Shown piece after piece: positions 1 through 12,701 of a stretch of DNA of 64,000 bases (the first letter of the stretch is position 1; each line of letters starts with the position of its first letter). A program made the position numbers and the translations under genes. Where the stretch lies: NCBI RefSeq assembly GCF_024256425.1, contig NC_071110.1:2663451-2727450 (forward strand), given 5' to 3'. This stretch comes from Clarias gariepinus. Taxonomy: Eukaryota. Below the pieces are notes generated by a model. It was not told the DNA's origin and made no database searches. It worked only from the letters and a program-made list of their open reading frames with translations.

Positions 1-175
1 GTTTATATTACCAGTTACTCAGTACTTGATGAGTCTTTTCACCGAATACTTTTTTAATCTACCTTGAGTAATATTTTGGACGACCACTTTTCACTTCTAC
101 TTAAGTAATATTGTTTTGAAGTACAGTTACTCTTAATTAAGTAAATTTTTTGGCTACTCTACCCACATATGCTTA
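1..175. repeat. Probable DNA-transposon terminal region with repeated 'acttgagtaa/acttaagtaat...tacttttac' sub-motifs. Similar motifs recur at 52140-52330.
   Basis: Direct sequence motifs only. Family not identified. Confidence 0.25.
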
Positions 176-526
176 TCACCATGGACCAGCCCTGCTGTTG
201 CTTGTCACATTATGTGTTTTATGCGATGTCACGAGCACCTGCTTCATTAGGATATATAAGGCACTGTGGGGATAGGTGGGTGGGAGTGTTACCTTTCTCT
301 TGAAAGTGTGTGTAACGGAGATGTCCAGTGCTGTTTAAATAAAATGCTACTCTTGTTGTGATACTATTTCAAGTCTTCAGAGTTGTTAATTTAATTTTCA
401 CCACAAAAGATAGGTGATTTGCTTTCCCACAAATCAAATCCAGTTAGCTTAAATTTATATTAACATCTCCCTTCTCTCGCCTTACCATAACACTTCCTCA
501 TCTCTTCTACTGTGTGGGATGACCTT

Positions 527-535
<9 letters not shown>

Positions 536-571
<36 letters not shown>
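536..571. repeat. (CA)n microsatellite
   Basis: Perfect dinucleotide run. Confidence 0.95.
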
Positions 572-573
<2 letters not shown>

Positions 574-699
574 CCATTCGAATGGATCGAAGAATAACAA
601 AATTGGCAAAGACTCAGCCAATGATCAGTTCCAGCAGGAACAACACCTAAAGTTACCTTTCAGTACTGTTACTATTAGAAGTCGGCTATGTGAAGCCAA

Positions 700-1330
700 G
701 CTATCGGCAAGAAGTCCCATTGTTGAAAAAAAAAAAACGTGCTGAAGTGGTTACAGTTCGCCAAAGAACACACTGACTGGCCTAAAGAGAAATTGCGCAA
801 TATTTTGTGGACTGATGAAAGCTAGATTGTCCTTTTTGGGTCTAGAGGCCACAGACAGTTTGTCAGGCCCCCAAACACTGAATTCAGGCCACAGTACACT
901 GTGAAGACACTAAAGCATGGAGGGACAAGCATCATGATATGGGGATGCTTCTCGTACTATGGTGTTGGGCCTATTTATTAAATTTCAGGGATCATGGATC
1001 AATTTAAGTACATCAGAATACTTAAAGAGGTCACGTTGCCTTATGCCGAAGAGGAAATGCCCTTGAAATGGGTGTTTCAACAAGACAACGACCCCAAACA
1101 CACCAGTAAGCGAGCAGCATCTTGGTTCCAGACCAACAAGATTGACGTTATGGAGTGGCAGCCCGATCCCCAGACCTTAATCCAATAGAAAACTTCTGGG
1201 CTGACAATAAAAATGCTGTTTCTGAGGCAAAACCAAGAAATGCAGAGGAATTGTGGCGTGCAGTACGATTGTCACAGATGTAAAACAGTTCTCAGAAACC
1301 TGGTTATACAACTAAATATTAGTTTAGAGA
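700..1330 (+). mobile_element. Tc1-like transposase fragment (DDE region), degenerate.
   Basis: ORF 994..1188 encodes '[10 protein letters not shown]...[10 protein letters not shown]', resembling Tc1 'QDNDPKHTS...[12 protein letters not shown]'. Upstream frames show transposase-like text with frameshifts. Confidence 0.6.
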
Positions 1331-2029
1331 TGCGCAAGAAAGATTAAACTTCAAGCATCTTTGTTTAAACTGTAAATTCATCACTTTGTAAAGATGAATG
1401 ATGACACTGCTGTTTTTTTAACAGACTAATATTTGTTTTTCTTCACTTTCTGTAAACTAATAATCCATTTATAACATTTTTCTTCGTGTTGTGATTCAAA
1501 ATAATACGTGCAGGGAGTCCAATGCATTTCTGTGATTTAAATGAAAAGTTATTATTTGGATATGGAGCTTTACTCACTTTTTTAACACACTGCTATTCTT
1601 TTGAAAACAACTGTAATTTATTTAGGGTATTAATCAATAGAAATGTAGGTGAAAAGATGAAAATACAGCCAGAGGTTAACATACACTCTATATTGACATG
1701 AATGTAATGGCGTTCAATTTATTATTTTAGGTCCTTTTCCAAGAAACAGTGCTGTTTTTTCAATTGCTAATAAAAAGACCTTACAATGACCTTTAAAGAC
1801 CTGTAAGACAAATCTTACATATAGAATACATCGTGCATTAAGATGCATTAAATCTTTTCAACATGCAGAAACAACTTCTGTCTGGATAACACGGGGCAAA
1901 GCCAAAATCAAGCGGTTCTGTTGTGTGTTATGTGAAATTTAATTAGATGCCTTGATTATATTTTTTGTAAATCTTTGACATAAGTTTCATTTCGAGTCAC
2001 ATATTCTGAGAGTTGAGTGGATGTGATGC

Positions 2030-2470
2030 ATTCTCTGTGAAGGAGCTTTATTGTGTCAGAGACGCTGTAAAAGGACAGAGTTCCTACACTGTGATCCATA
2101 CACTCCTATACTGGAGGACACTGGACTTTGGAACTTTGTCTTACTTTTGTTGTGGCAGAAACCGGCATGTAAAGGAAAACACTCCAGACTCCAGGACTGA
2201 CTACTGTGTTCAAACAAGATGTCATCCTCTCCTTTCCTACTGATCTCTTTATATGAGACTGGATACAATGTTATGGATACAACGCCACTCCACTCCACCT
2301 CCCAGTAACAGCGTCCACACACACACACTCTTTACGCAACACCTACTCCCAGTAGCTAAATCTCTCTGGATGATCAGAGTATTGCTGTCTTGTCTCACTG
2401 CATGTCACTGATCTGTTCTTCTTAGACAGAATGAGGTGATGATGTGCTGGGTTGGGATCCAGATAAAGGA
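2030..2470 (-). pseudogene. finTRIM-like B30.2/PRY-SPRY terminal exon (copy A), frameshifted. Its upstream small exons lie at about 2805-2850 and 3340-3400. No RING exon is found upstream.
   Basis: ORF 2056..2328(-) reads 'CGRCYWEVEWSGVVSI...SSSIGVY', then goes out of frame relative to copy B ('IGVYVDHSAGTLSFY'). A 2-bp gap at about 2085 is the cause. The B30.2 continues in another frame ('MDHSVGTLSFYSVSD'). Confidence 0.55.
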
Positions 2471-2519
2471 TAACAGAAATCTAAAATAATACAATTTTTA
2501 CAGGTTAGAAATAACTGGT

Positions 2520-2660
2520 TGTGGTAGGTTAGTGATGTTGGACGATTGGACAGAACGTTTGGGTTCAAATCATCGCAGCATCAAGCTGCCACTGCTGGGC
2601 GTTTAAACAAAGCTTGTTCAATTGAGATTGAGATAAATGTCAGCTGTGAAATAAAAAAAA
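2520..2660 (+). mobile_element. Small tRNA-like SINE/MITE ('ggttcaaatc...gagataaatgt'). A related copy lies at 6780-6900.
   Basis: tRNA T-loop-like motif and a shared 3' end with the 6780-6900 copy. Confidence 0.3.
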
Positions 2661-3019
2661 ACCTTAATCACAGAACATATGATAAATGTGTGTGAGACAG
2701 CTTTTTGTATTTTCTGTCCTCTTAGTGCAAAATTTTTATAAAAAATATTTTACATATTAATAAGGTAAAAAAGTGTTTACTGTACATTGCATAAAATCCT
2801 CTTTGCCTTCCAGCTGTGAAGGTAATATCGGAACCGCTGCAGCTGGGAAATAAAGTGGAGACAGAAATATGACATGAAAACAGTTTAAAAACTCAGGTGG
2901 ACACATGAAATAAACGCTATCTTGGTGGGTCAGAAATCCAAAATTGAATGTAAGGCCTCGAATAATTTTTTATGGGCTCCGAGATTAGTTTGTGGGTTTG
3001 GTAAATACTGTTGGAACGA

Positions 3020-3195
3020 CATGCTGGTGTAGTGGTTAGCACTGTCGTCTTGCACCTCCAGGGTCCGGGTTCGATTCCAGACCAAGTTTGATTCCCATCT
3101 CTGTGTGCATGGAGCTTGCATGTTCTCCCCGTGCTTGTGGGGTCTCTCCAGGTACCTGCAGACTAGGCTAGTTGGCATTCCCAAACTTGCTGCAG
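3020..3195 (+). mobile_element. tRNA-derived SINE (teleost 'gtggttagcactgtcg...gggttcgattcc...gtttgcatgttctcc' family).
   Basis: tRNA-like A/B box head followed by the conserved fish SINE core. Further copies lie at 42470-42600(-), 46615-46900(+), 50335-50420(-) and 61080-61260(+). Confidence 0.7.
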
Positions 3196-3599
3196 TGGGT
3201 GAATAAGTGTGTGTGTGCGTGCCAGTCTTGTTCCTTCTTATTTCTGTTAGATGAATTTTATGACTCTTTACTGTGATGCAGAACTGTAGTTTACCTTGTC
3301 AAAGGCTTTTGTTAAATTATATCCTTGACTCATTTTTTCAGATCTGAGAGAGATTTCCTCACTCCATCAAATGAGAGATGTTAACGAAGGAATCTCAGAC
3401 TGAATCAGAACAAATCAGAGAAAATAATTTACTAATGTTTATAATAAATTAACTTAAATAATTTACTTATTTATTAAAGTTTATTATTTATTTATTGTTT
3501 ATTATTTATTATTTATTAACTTAAGTTTATTCAAGTTAATAACGGTGCAAACGTTTCAAAGAAGGCCATACATCTGTGCCCTATGATTTAGGCCAAGGT

Positions 3600-3790
3600 G
3601 GCTCAGCGCCACCAAAATCGACAGATATATCATCATCATCACCATGCAGAACATATCCGTCTGTGGGAACTGTACACACAATCATTCTCCACACTACTTG
3701 CACATTTAAAGGAACTTGGCTGGGAGTTGTTGCCACATCCAATATCGCTCCAAGCCATTTCCACATGTTAGGGCACTTACATGAGTAAGT
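3600..3790 (+). mobile_element. mariner-like transposase fragment
   Basis: Encodes '...LPHP.YSPDLAPS'-like text. Compare the mariner motif 'HPPYSPDLAPSDYHLF'. A paralogous fragment lies at 11210-11410. Confidence 0.45.
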
Positions 3791-4438
3791 CCATGGGGGG
3801 TCAGCATTTTAGATCTGAAGCAGACAGTCTGGTTGTGACTCCAGTGTACTGAGAAAACTTTCTACCTGGATGGTATCCAAGCACAAGTGAAACACTGGGA
3901 TAAGTACATTAATGTAGAACAGGATTATATAGTGAAATAAAGGGAATTTTCTCACTTTGAATTGAATGGCCCATGTAAAATAAATTCCTAGCATATATTA
4001 CCTTCTGGATTTTCTTTAGGACCAAATAGTTGTTTGATGATCACATAACAGTTCAATTTTCCTTGAATGTGTGGAACAAAAAAAACTTTCTTTAAATTTA
4101 GTTTTGAAAATTTGTTCTGATGTCCTGAGGTGGTCAAGAAAGTTGATCAAAATGTTTAAATCAGGCAGACATGAATTCCACATATAGTGCAGTGATTCAG
4201 GGAGATTCTGATTAACAACTGACTGTAGGTGAGTCTAAAGAAAAAGAATAAGTGGTGTTAGGTCTGGATCGAATTGATTTTAAAAATTTTTACTATCAAT
4301 TATATATATGTATAGATATATAAATTAAATTTTATTAAATTTATATAAAAATGCTTACGTATCTTGAATTTTAGGCCATCCTGCATAAATATATTTTAGC
4401 AGTATTGACTATAGTGCAATATGCTATGAATACTCTTT

Positions 4439-4444
<6 letters not shown>

Positions 4445-4525
<81 letters not shown>
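4445..4525. repeat. (TA)n(GA)n compound microsatellite
   Basis: Direct repeats. Confidence 0.95.
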
Positions 4526-4527
<2 letters not shown>

Positions 4528-6214
4528 GTATGATAGGCAAATAAGTTTTGCATACAGTACAGAAAGACAGATGTTTGAGTATATTTTATTATTTCAGAAG
4601 AAACAGTCTTTAAGAAAGTAAAAGTAATACTTGTCATTCATGAGAAATTAAATTTTTTTATTGGGGTGTAATAAATTAGCTTATAGTGCATGCAGCTCAG
4701 TTTTGTTTTTTTGTTTTTTGTATACGGTGTGTAACAATGGCAGCTATACAGGAATATAACTCCAGATCTGAGAAAAAAACTGTATATAGCAAAAATAATA
4801 CAGTTTAATAGTTTGATTTCAAAACATTTTGTATTAACCTTTAGAATGGATGCATTTCAAAATAATACAGTCAGAGGTTTATAGACAATGTACATTAACA
4901 TGAATATTATGGCAATATTAGGCTTTTCATTTAAATTTACAGTAACTTAAGGTGTCTTAAGGAATAACACAATTATTAAATAAATTACATTGTTATAAAT
5001 AACAAATTAAACAAAATAAAATTAATGAAAAAATGTAATTGGAGTTGCTCATCAAATTGTTTTTGATTACAAAGGCGTTACATCCAGATATATTATTTTC
5101 AATCAAAATATTTTATGCAGTCTACAACATGCATTAAGCTTTTTAATCTTTTAATCTTTTTGCAAAGCAGGAACGACTACTTTTGCCATTGTCCTGGATA
5201 CCACCGGGACAAAGGCTCTGTTAATTTGACAATATGTGCTCAAATTTTCAGCACTGTTTCTGGTGCATCACTTCCCATTTGCCAGTTAAATTAATGTACA
5301 TTGCTCCAAGCAACCCGGGTTTGCCATGCTTGTTATATAAGTTTCAGTGCTGGAAATTCAACAGTATTCAGGAGCATTGAAAATGCTGTCAACATTAAAA
5401 TACTTGATGTCAAACTGGAAAGAGAATTGTAATAAGGTACATTACTTTGATCAAGTAATTGAAATACTGTAGCTACATTACATTTTAACAAGGTAACCAG
5501 TAATCTGTCAGCTATTACATTTCCAAATTAATTCCAACACTGCTGGTGGATATGATGGAGAACTTCAGAATTCTTCGGCAAACCCTTAAATCATCAGATA
5601 GACACGTACAAGATGGACAAAATTGAGTGATCCAACAGTGACAATGCCCCCAAACATACAACATGGCTTGGTGTCGAATGGATAAAGCAGGTGAACTTTA
5701 AGTTTTTAGAGCAGTAACCCTATTAAAAACTTGTGGACCATGCTTTAAAATTAAGTCTGAATCAGGAAACCAACATATTTAACTGAACTCTATTAAATCT
5801 AACAAGGCAACTGGGCACATATGCAGCCAGAAGCTTGGAAAGGGTGACCTTAAGTATCTACTAATGAGAAGGTTGCTAAGGGTATATATTAGTATATAAG
5901 GGCAAATACTACATGCGCTTTCGATAAAAAAGTTGACCCTGTATGTACACATACATGTATGTGTAATTTTGCCCCAGAAAATGTACATGTGCATGAAACT
6001 TGAAATCCATTTAAAAGTGTATGTTGACCTACAAAAAGACCACTTTAAAAAAAGCCTGTATTGCTTTTACATTAATTTACATGATGTGTGTATGTACATA
6101 TTATGTAATAATAATAATAATAATAATAATAATGTGATTAATTTTATGCACACATCTTAGGACCAAATTGAATCTGAAACATTAATAAAAATTTTTGTAA
6201 ACCCTTTAACTAAA

Positions 6215-6740
6215 CGTTTATTTTAAGTCACATAACCTTAGACTTGAGATTTTACCTAAACAGAACCCGGCGTACAGAGGTTGAGTGAATGTGGTGTGGA
6301 CTCTGTGGAGGAGAGTCAGCCCTATGTCAGAGACGTTGTAAAAGGACAGAGTTCCTGCACTGTGATCCACATACACTCCTATTCTGGAGGACGCTGGACC
6401 TCGGAGCTCAGTCTTACTTTTGTTGTGGTGGAAACAGCCATGTGAAGGAAAACACTCCAGACTCCAGGAATGACTATTGCGTCCAAAAAGGTTGTTTTCC
6501 CGTCCTTTCCTGATGATCTCTTTATATGAGACTGATATGGCCACTAACCTACCATTCCACTCCACCTCCCAGTAACAGCGTCCACACACACTCTCTTTAC
6601 ACAACACCTGAGCCCAGGAGTCAAATCTCTCTGGATGATCTGAGTATTGCTGTCTTGTCTTACTGAGTGTCACTGATCTGTTCTTCTCAGACAGAATGAG
6701 ATGACCGTATGCTGTGTTGGGATCCAGAGTCAAAAATCTA
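6215..6740 (-). CDS. finTRIM copy B terminal B30.2 (PRY/SPRY) exon, including stop.
   Basis: ORF 6218..6766(-) 182 aa with hallmark 'LDPNTAYGHLILSEKNRSV...VCGRCYWEVEW...SWSLEC...GVYVDHSAGTLSFY'. Confidence 0.8.
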
Positions 6741-9700
6741 AAATCTAAAACAATAAAAATGTCCACAAGTTAGATATTAATGTGATGTGGTAGCTCGGTG
6801 CTGTTGGTCTACTAATTGGAAAGTTTGGGTTTAAATCACGGCACCAAATGCTCTTAGCTCTCAATTGCTCAGTTGTATTAATGAGATAAATGTAATTCTC
6901 AATTTTAGAATTTATAATAAATGTGTGAGACATGTGCATCTGTTCCTGTCCTAATTATTCAACTCTACATAAAATATTTTACATATTAAATATAATTCAT
7001 TAGATGTTTACACAGTGTGTAAAACACAGTCATTGTTACACTTACATTGCCTAAAACCCTCTCTGCTTTCCATTTGTGGAGGTAATATCTGAACTGCTGC
7101 AGCTAGGAAATAAAATGGAGAAAAAAATATGACATGGAATTTTATGGACATTTTTCATTTCTGTTGTTGTTGTCTGATAAATTTATTTTAATTTAATTAA
7201 CAAGGCTAATGCTAATATTATGTGACTTTATCCATTAGATAAATTTTATGTCTCTCTTTACTGTGATGTTTGCTTGTTTACCTTGTGGACGGATTTTGTT
7301 GAATTCCTCCTCACAGATTTCCTCGACTCGTTTTTTCAGATCTGAGAGAGATTTCCTCACTCCATCAAATGAGAGATGTTGATTGACAGTGAAGCTGGGT
7401 GCGTCCTCACATCCAGGAGAAACACAGAGAGACGGGAAACTCTACAGAGAGGAAACACATCATAGAGAAGGAGAAAAGTGTAGGAGAGGAACGAATGAAT
7501 CTCAGACTGAATCAGACCAAAGACACACTTGTGATCTCAGACAGGAACATTTATTGTTGCTGTAATGAGCTTTTAGGAGGAAACTTTGTGAGGAACAGCG
7601 CCCTCTGTAGATCAGACAGTGAGTGTTACCTGGAGGAAGTGGACGTCATTGTGTGTTTGTGAAAGCTGCTCCAGCTCAGTGACTCTCCTCTTAAGATCAG
7701 CAATCTCCTGCTCCAGTTGCTTCAGGAGTCGTTCAGCTCGACTCAGTTCAGCCTTCTCCTGAGCTCTAATTAACTCCGTCACCTCCGAGCGCTTTTTCTC
7801 CATAAGGCTGATCAGCTCAGTAAAGATCATTTCACTTTTCTCTACTGCTGCCTGTGAATGCATCTGTTAGGACACACACCAAAAAAAATTGAGCTTTGTT
7901 TAAATCTCAAGTCTTTCTTGTACAGTCCCCCCATAATGTCCATTGTGTGTGTGTGTGTGTGTGACCCTAGTGCAGCTTTTGTTATTATTGATCATAGTAT
8001 TATTTTCATAGATTAGAAAATATGATAAAAGTCAAGGAAATGGAGCTCACCTGGCTTAGAGGCTATTTGACTGATCGTTATTTATATATTTAAAAGGTAA
8101 CTATTCTACAGTGAAGTTTGGTGTTCCCCAGGGATTGGGTTTTAGGCCCACTCTTATTGACGTATAAAGCACCAAATGGTCTTGCGCCAAAGAACCTGCT
8201 AGTAAAGGATGCAGGCTGCTTGTCAGTTCCGCATATTACAAAAACTATAGCAGGGGGGTGGAGCTTTTTCTTACAAAGCCCTAAAGTTAAAGAATAGTTT
8301 AAGTCTAGACTAAAAACCTATTTATTAAGCCAAGATTTTTTTTTTTTTTTTGTGAATAGATTTGCCTTACGTAAAGAAGCAGATCTGGGGGACTCTAGAG
8401 TATTTTGGTGAACTGGTATGTTTGGATGCTGCCTTCACCACTTTCATTGATCATTTGGTTTGTTAATGGAGTGACAGGTTGCTTTTCTTCCCAGGGAGTC
8501 CTCATGTCTGTGTTAATTTCTGGCTGTCCCGTTTAGTTATGCTGCCATAGTTCAAATTCAAATTTAAATTTTATTTGTCACATACACAGTCATACACAGT
8601 ACGAAATGTAGTGAAATGTAAACATAAACATGTAGTGTAGATGTGAAGGTAGATGTGCGTGGAATTGTCCATAGTGTCCATGGATGTAAAAAGATTGATT
8701 GATTGATTGATTGATTGATTAATTGTTTGTGAAAAGATTGTGTTAGTTCTGCATAGTGGTGTGGTTGAAAGACCGTATCGCCTGCGGGAAGAAGCTCCTC
8801 CTCAGTCTCTCTGTGTTGGCCTTCAGGGAGCGGAATCACTTCCCAGACCGCAACAGAGTGAACAGTCCATTGTTGGGGTGGCTGAGGTCCTTCACGATCT
8901 TCCTGGCCTTGGTCCAGCACCGCTTGGTGTAGATTGAGTGCAGGTCAGAGAGCTCGGTGCGGATGATGCGCTCAGCTGATCGCACCACCCTCTGTAGAGC
9001 TTGTCTGTCCTGTATGGTGCTGTTCCCGAACCAGGTCGTGATGTTTCCCGTCAGGATTCTCTGTATGGTGCAGGAGTGGAAATTCCTGAGCACCTTGGAG
9101 GGCAGTCTAAAGTCTCTCAAGCGTCTGAGGTGGTACAGATGCTGCCGGGCCTTTTTTACCATGGTGTTGATGTGACAGGACCATGCCAGGTCCTGCCTGA
9201 TGTGAACACTGAGGTATCTGAAGCTGTCCACTCTCTCCACTGGGCTCCTGTTGATGACGGGGGCTCACCTGCTTTGTACTGAAGTCTTGCTGACGTTCAG
9301 GAGGAGATTGTTTTTCTGGGACCAGTTCTCCAGATTTCCAACCTCCTCCAGGTAGGCCGTCTCATCGTTGTTCGTGATCAGGCCCACCACAACAGTGTCG
9401 TCAGCAAACTTAATGACGGTGGTGGAGTTGGTAGTGGCCACGCAGTCATAGGTGTACAGAGAGTACAGCAGGGGGCTCAGAACACAACCCTGGGGGGCTC
9501 CAGTGCTGAGAGTGAGGGAGGCTGAGACATGTCTGCCCATCCTTACTGCCTGCGGTTTGCCAATCAGAAAATTGGAGATCCACTGACACATTGATGATCT
9601 GAGTCCCAGGTGCTGCAGCTTGCTAGCTACCTCTAGTGTTTTGTGACCTCTTGGATGAGTCGTCGCTGCACTCTTGGGGTGATTTTGCTTGTCCAGCCAC

Positions 9701-12038
9701 TCCTGGGAATGAGTCTCACTGTGGTTTCCTGCAGTCTGAAGGCTTTAGAAATGGCTTCATAACATTTTCTAGACTGATAGATCTAAATTATCTTCCTTTT
9801 CATTTGTTTTTGAATTTCTTTTTATCTCTGCATGATGTCTAGCTTTTAAAGATCTTTTGGTCTACTTCACTTTGTCAGGCAGGTCCTATTTAAGTGATTT
9901 TTTGGATTGGGAACAGGTGTGGCAGTAATCAGGCCTGAGTGTGGCTAGAGAAATTAACTCGTATGATAAACCAGAGCTTTGTTTTTTTTTACGGGGGGAG
10001 GGGGGGGGGGGGGCACTTTTTCACACCACTATACAGTACATTATGTGACTTTGACCATATCTAAATATTATCATTCTTTCTCTTCTTTTCCCTTTCTCTC
10101 TCTCCCCCTTTGAGCGACACATGCCGCTCCTGAGCAGCCTGTGACCAGACCCCCTGTGCCCTCCAGACCTGTCAGACTCATCCTGGTGCCCTGCTTGTGG
10201 TTGGAGATTTGGTCACATGGAGGCCCTGTGTGTGATGACTGGGGACGGTTCCATTTTACCATAAAGACGGCCCTGACCTCGGCTGATGCAGACAGCTGAT
10301 CTCTGAGGATTTGTAACTGCAGTCACTTAATAGTCCAGGACTGGAAATCCCTACAGTCTACATGAGCCTCCAATAGGAAAGTGGACTTTATATTGACTTA
10401 AAGAAATCATCCATTATATTGAGCTGGCAGCCTCCTAACACACAGTATGATGCAGATCAAACCCTGCCATCTGTTATCACCCAAATGAGGATGGGTTCTA
10501 TGTTTGAGTCTGATTCCTCTCAATGTTTCTTCCCATTTGCCATCTTGTTGAGTTTTTCCTCGTCATCATCACTCTTGGCTTGTCTATCACGGATGATCTG
10601 AGTCATTATGGTTTATACATATTTTCTCAAATTTCATAAACCTTTTTTCCTTTTGATTCTTTAAAGCTTCTTTGCGACAATGAAGATTGATAAAAACACT
10701 GTACAAAAGAATTAATTGAATTGAATTTGTGTTTGCACAAGGACAAGCATGCATGGGTGCCAGTATCTCTCTGTAATCTCTCTGCTCTCCCCTCACCTTA
10801 ATAGTGTCCACAGTCTGTTTTAGCTCTTGAACCTTCTTCTGCTTCTCCTTGATTCTCTGCTGGGATTTCCCCTGCTCTCCCTTCAGTTCATCCTGAGACC
10901 AAATAAAATAGACTTCATAATTTCCGTATCAAAAAAGCATCAAGGTTTTATTTGCATGAACTTTGGAGAAAATAATCTACCTAAAAAAAGACAAATTCCA
11001 TCTTGAAATAACAAAACTGCGAGTAGGGTTTAAGTCATACTGGGACTTGTGTGCAACATTCTGGTGACTGCAGGCATAAAACCATTTAACATTTACAAAA
11101 GACTTCAAACACAGTAGGGTGATGAGACCCTTAGCTGCCTTATAACATTTGAATGTTGCAAGCGATTTAAAGAAGGCTGAGGTAACTTGGAGTCCACTGG
11201 AGTCGTTCAGTGGAATGCGTGATTCCTAAAACTTAAAAAGATGGATAATCTTGTCACCAACTTGTGGAAGACACACATCTGTCTGTGGGAACTGTGCACA
11301 CAATCATTCACAAACACTACTTGAACATTACAGGAATCCTGCTGGGAGTTATTGCCACATCCCTGTACAGTCCTGACCTCGCTCCAAGTTTGACTTAAGT
11401 GAGTCAAATTCTATACTTTCAGGTTATTCAGGTCATTTATCTTGCCTTCTTGCTCTATGATTCTAACCAATCACAGACAAGAACTAATCATCTTAACCTC
11501 ACTTGGGCTTGGTAACAGATAAAGCGTTTTTATATATCTATGGCTTTTTTTTCACTGACCCGAATATAGACTGTGTGGTCCAAAATCCTATCATCATCAT
11601 CATCTTATTTTGTGCCACTTGTCTATACTGTGAATACAAGACCATTGAATTTAACAACATTATGTACAGTATAGTGCAGTGATTGTTTTAAGTGATGCTG
11701 ATAAGACTATTGACTTCCAAATGAGCTATGGAATATATGTTGTATAAGAAAGTCTAATTAACAGGAAGTTTTAATTGAAATAATAATGTAAACATCAACA
11801 CCTTATCACTATTACACAGCTTTAACACTGCAACAGCACTGTGCTCTGTTGTTCTGACTACATCCCAGGATTATATCCCAGTATTTCAAGGTAGAAAGTT
11901 TTCTCAGTGCACTGACACGTCTAATTTAACTGACTGGTTTAACACATCCTTACCAGCAGGCCTTTTAGTAGAAAAAAATTATGTTAAAGTGAATGACAAG
12001 CAAAAAAATTTTTTTATTTTCATCTTAACGAAAACTAC

Positions 12039-12095
<57 letters not shown>

Positions 12096-12701
12096 AGATT
12101 CAGTTCTCACCTGCTTTTTATTTCTTTCTGCTTTAGTTGAACCTGTTTCATGACCTTTATGGTCATCCATCATACACAAATAACAGATGAAGCTTTGGTC
12201 AGTACGACAGTAGATCTCGATTGGTCTATTGTGCTGAGAGCAGATCTTCTCTTGAAGCTCTGCACAGGCTTCCACTAACTTGTGCTTCTTAAAGGCAGGA
12301 GACTGATAATGAGGTTGAAGATGATCTTCACAATAGGAGGCCTGACACACCATACAGGAATTAACAGCTTTGCGTTTTCTCCCGATGCAGAAATCACACT
12401 CCACATCTCCAGGTCCAGCGTTACAGTGAGGAGCAGATGCAGCTTGGAGTTCAGTGTTATTTTGTTTCTCCATCATTTCAGCCAGCATGTTGTTCCTGCG
12501 TAGAACAGGCCTTGGAGCGAAAGTCTCTCTACACTGAGGACAGCTGTAGACTCTCTTTACATCCTCCTGATCCCAGAAGCGATTAATACACACCTTACAG
12601 TAATTGTGGCCACAGGGAGTTGTCACGGGATCCTTCAAAGGGTCCAGACACACTGCACAGCTGAACTGATCCTGATCTACTGAAATACTGGCCTCTGCCA
12701 T
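6215..12701 (-). CDS. finTRIM-like TRIM gene (copy B), full gene span: RING, B-box, coiled-coil, B30.2. It has at least 5 coding exons.
   Basis: N-terminal exon encodes RING 'CAVCLDPLKDPVTTPCGHNYCKVCI...SCPQCR' plus a B-box. A 96-bp exon and a 234-bp exon encode coiled-coil. The terminal exon is B30.2 'CGRCYWEVEW...LDPNTAYGHLILSEKNRS'. GT/AG sites were located by hand. Confidence 0.8.
7282..7395 (-). CDS. finTRIM copy B small exon ('FDGVRKSLSDLKKRVEEICEEEFNKIRPQ').
   Basis: Open frame with donor 'AAG|gtaaac'. Conserved in copy A (3340-3400) and copy C (63880-63935). The 5' boundary is uncertain. A further conserved micro-exon candidate lies at about 7085-7120. Confidence 0.45.
7630..7863 (-). 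CDS. finTRIM copy B 234-bp coiled-coil exon
   Basis: ORF 7612..7863(-) encodes 'AAVEKSEMIFTELISLMEKKRSEVTELIRAQEKAELSRAERLLKQLEQEIADLKRRVTELEQL'. Acceptor 'aacag|', donor 'CAG|gtaaca'. Confidence 0.7.
8080..8340 (+). mobile_element. Non-LTR retrotransposon 3' fragment (L2/Rex-like tail, 'LDYCN...KTYF' family), interrupted. It continues at about 9990-10300.
   Basis: Near-identical to 52990-54000, where ORF 52913..53425 encodes '...LDYCNALLSG...LTRTRIYEHITPIL...KSRLKTYFF'. Confidence 0.5.
8560..9600 (-). mobile_element. LINE reverse-transcriptase fragment
   Basis: ORF 9265..9591(-) shows 'GAPQGCVLSPLLYSLYT...KFADDTVVVG' (RT motifs). ORF 8836..9240(-) is RT thumb/C-terminal. Confidence 0.7.
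10797..10892 (-). CDS. finTRIM copy B 96-bp coiled-coil exon
   Basis: Encodes 'SQDELKGEQGKSQQRIKEKQKKVQELKQTVDTIK' between AG and GT. 96 bp is the length typical of finTRIM exon 2. Confidence 0.65.
11210..11410 (+). mobile_element. mariner-like transposase fragment, paralogous to 3600-3790.
   Basis: '...YSPDLAPS' motif. It sits in the corresponding intron of the duplicated TRIM copy. Confidence 0.4.
12111..12701 (-). CDS. finTRIM copy B exon 1 (ATG at 12701; RING plus B-box). Donor CAG|gtgaga.
   Basis: ORF 11979..12719(-). The true ATG is 'atggcagaggcc'. The donor is immediately followed by a (TA)n tract. Confidence 0.75.

Noticed and set aside
3020-3120. tRNA-like sequences that might be real tRNA genes. 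Further examples lie at 32040-32165, 46625-46700, 50335-50420 and 61080-61150.
   Set aside because: Each is the tRNA-derived head of a SINE, continuous with the conserved SINE body and tail. None shows a complete cloverleaf with anticodon arm and 3' trailer.
9980-10012. G23 homopolymer as a possible regulatory G4 element.
   Set aside because: It lies at the junction of nested retroelement fragments. It is more likely an insertion or poly-tract artefact. No supporting context.
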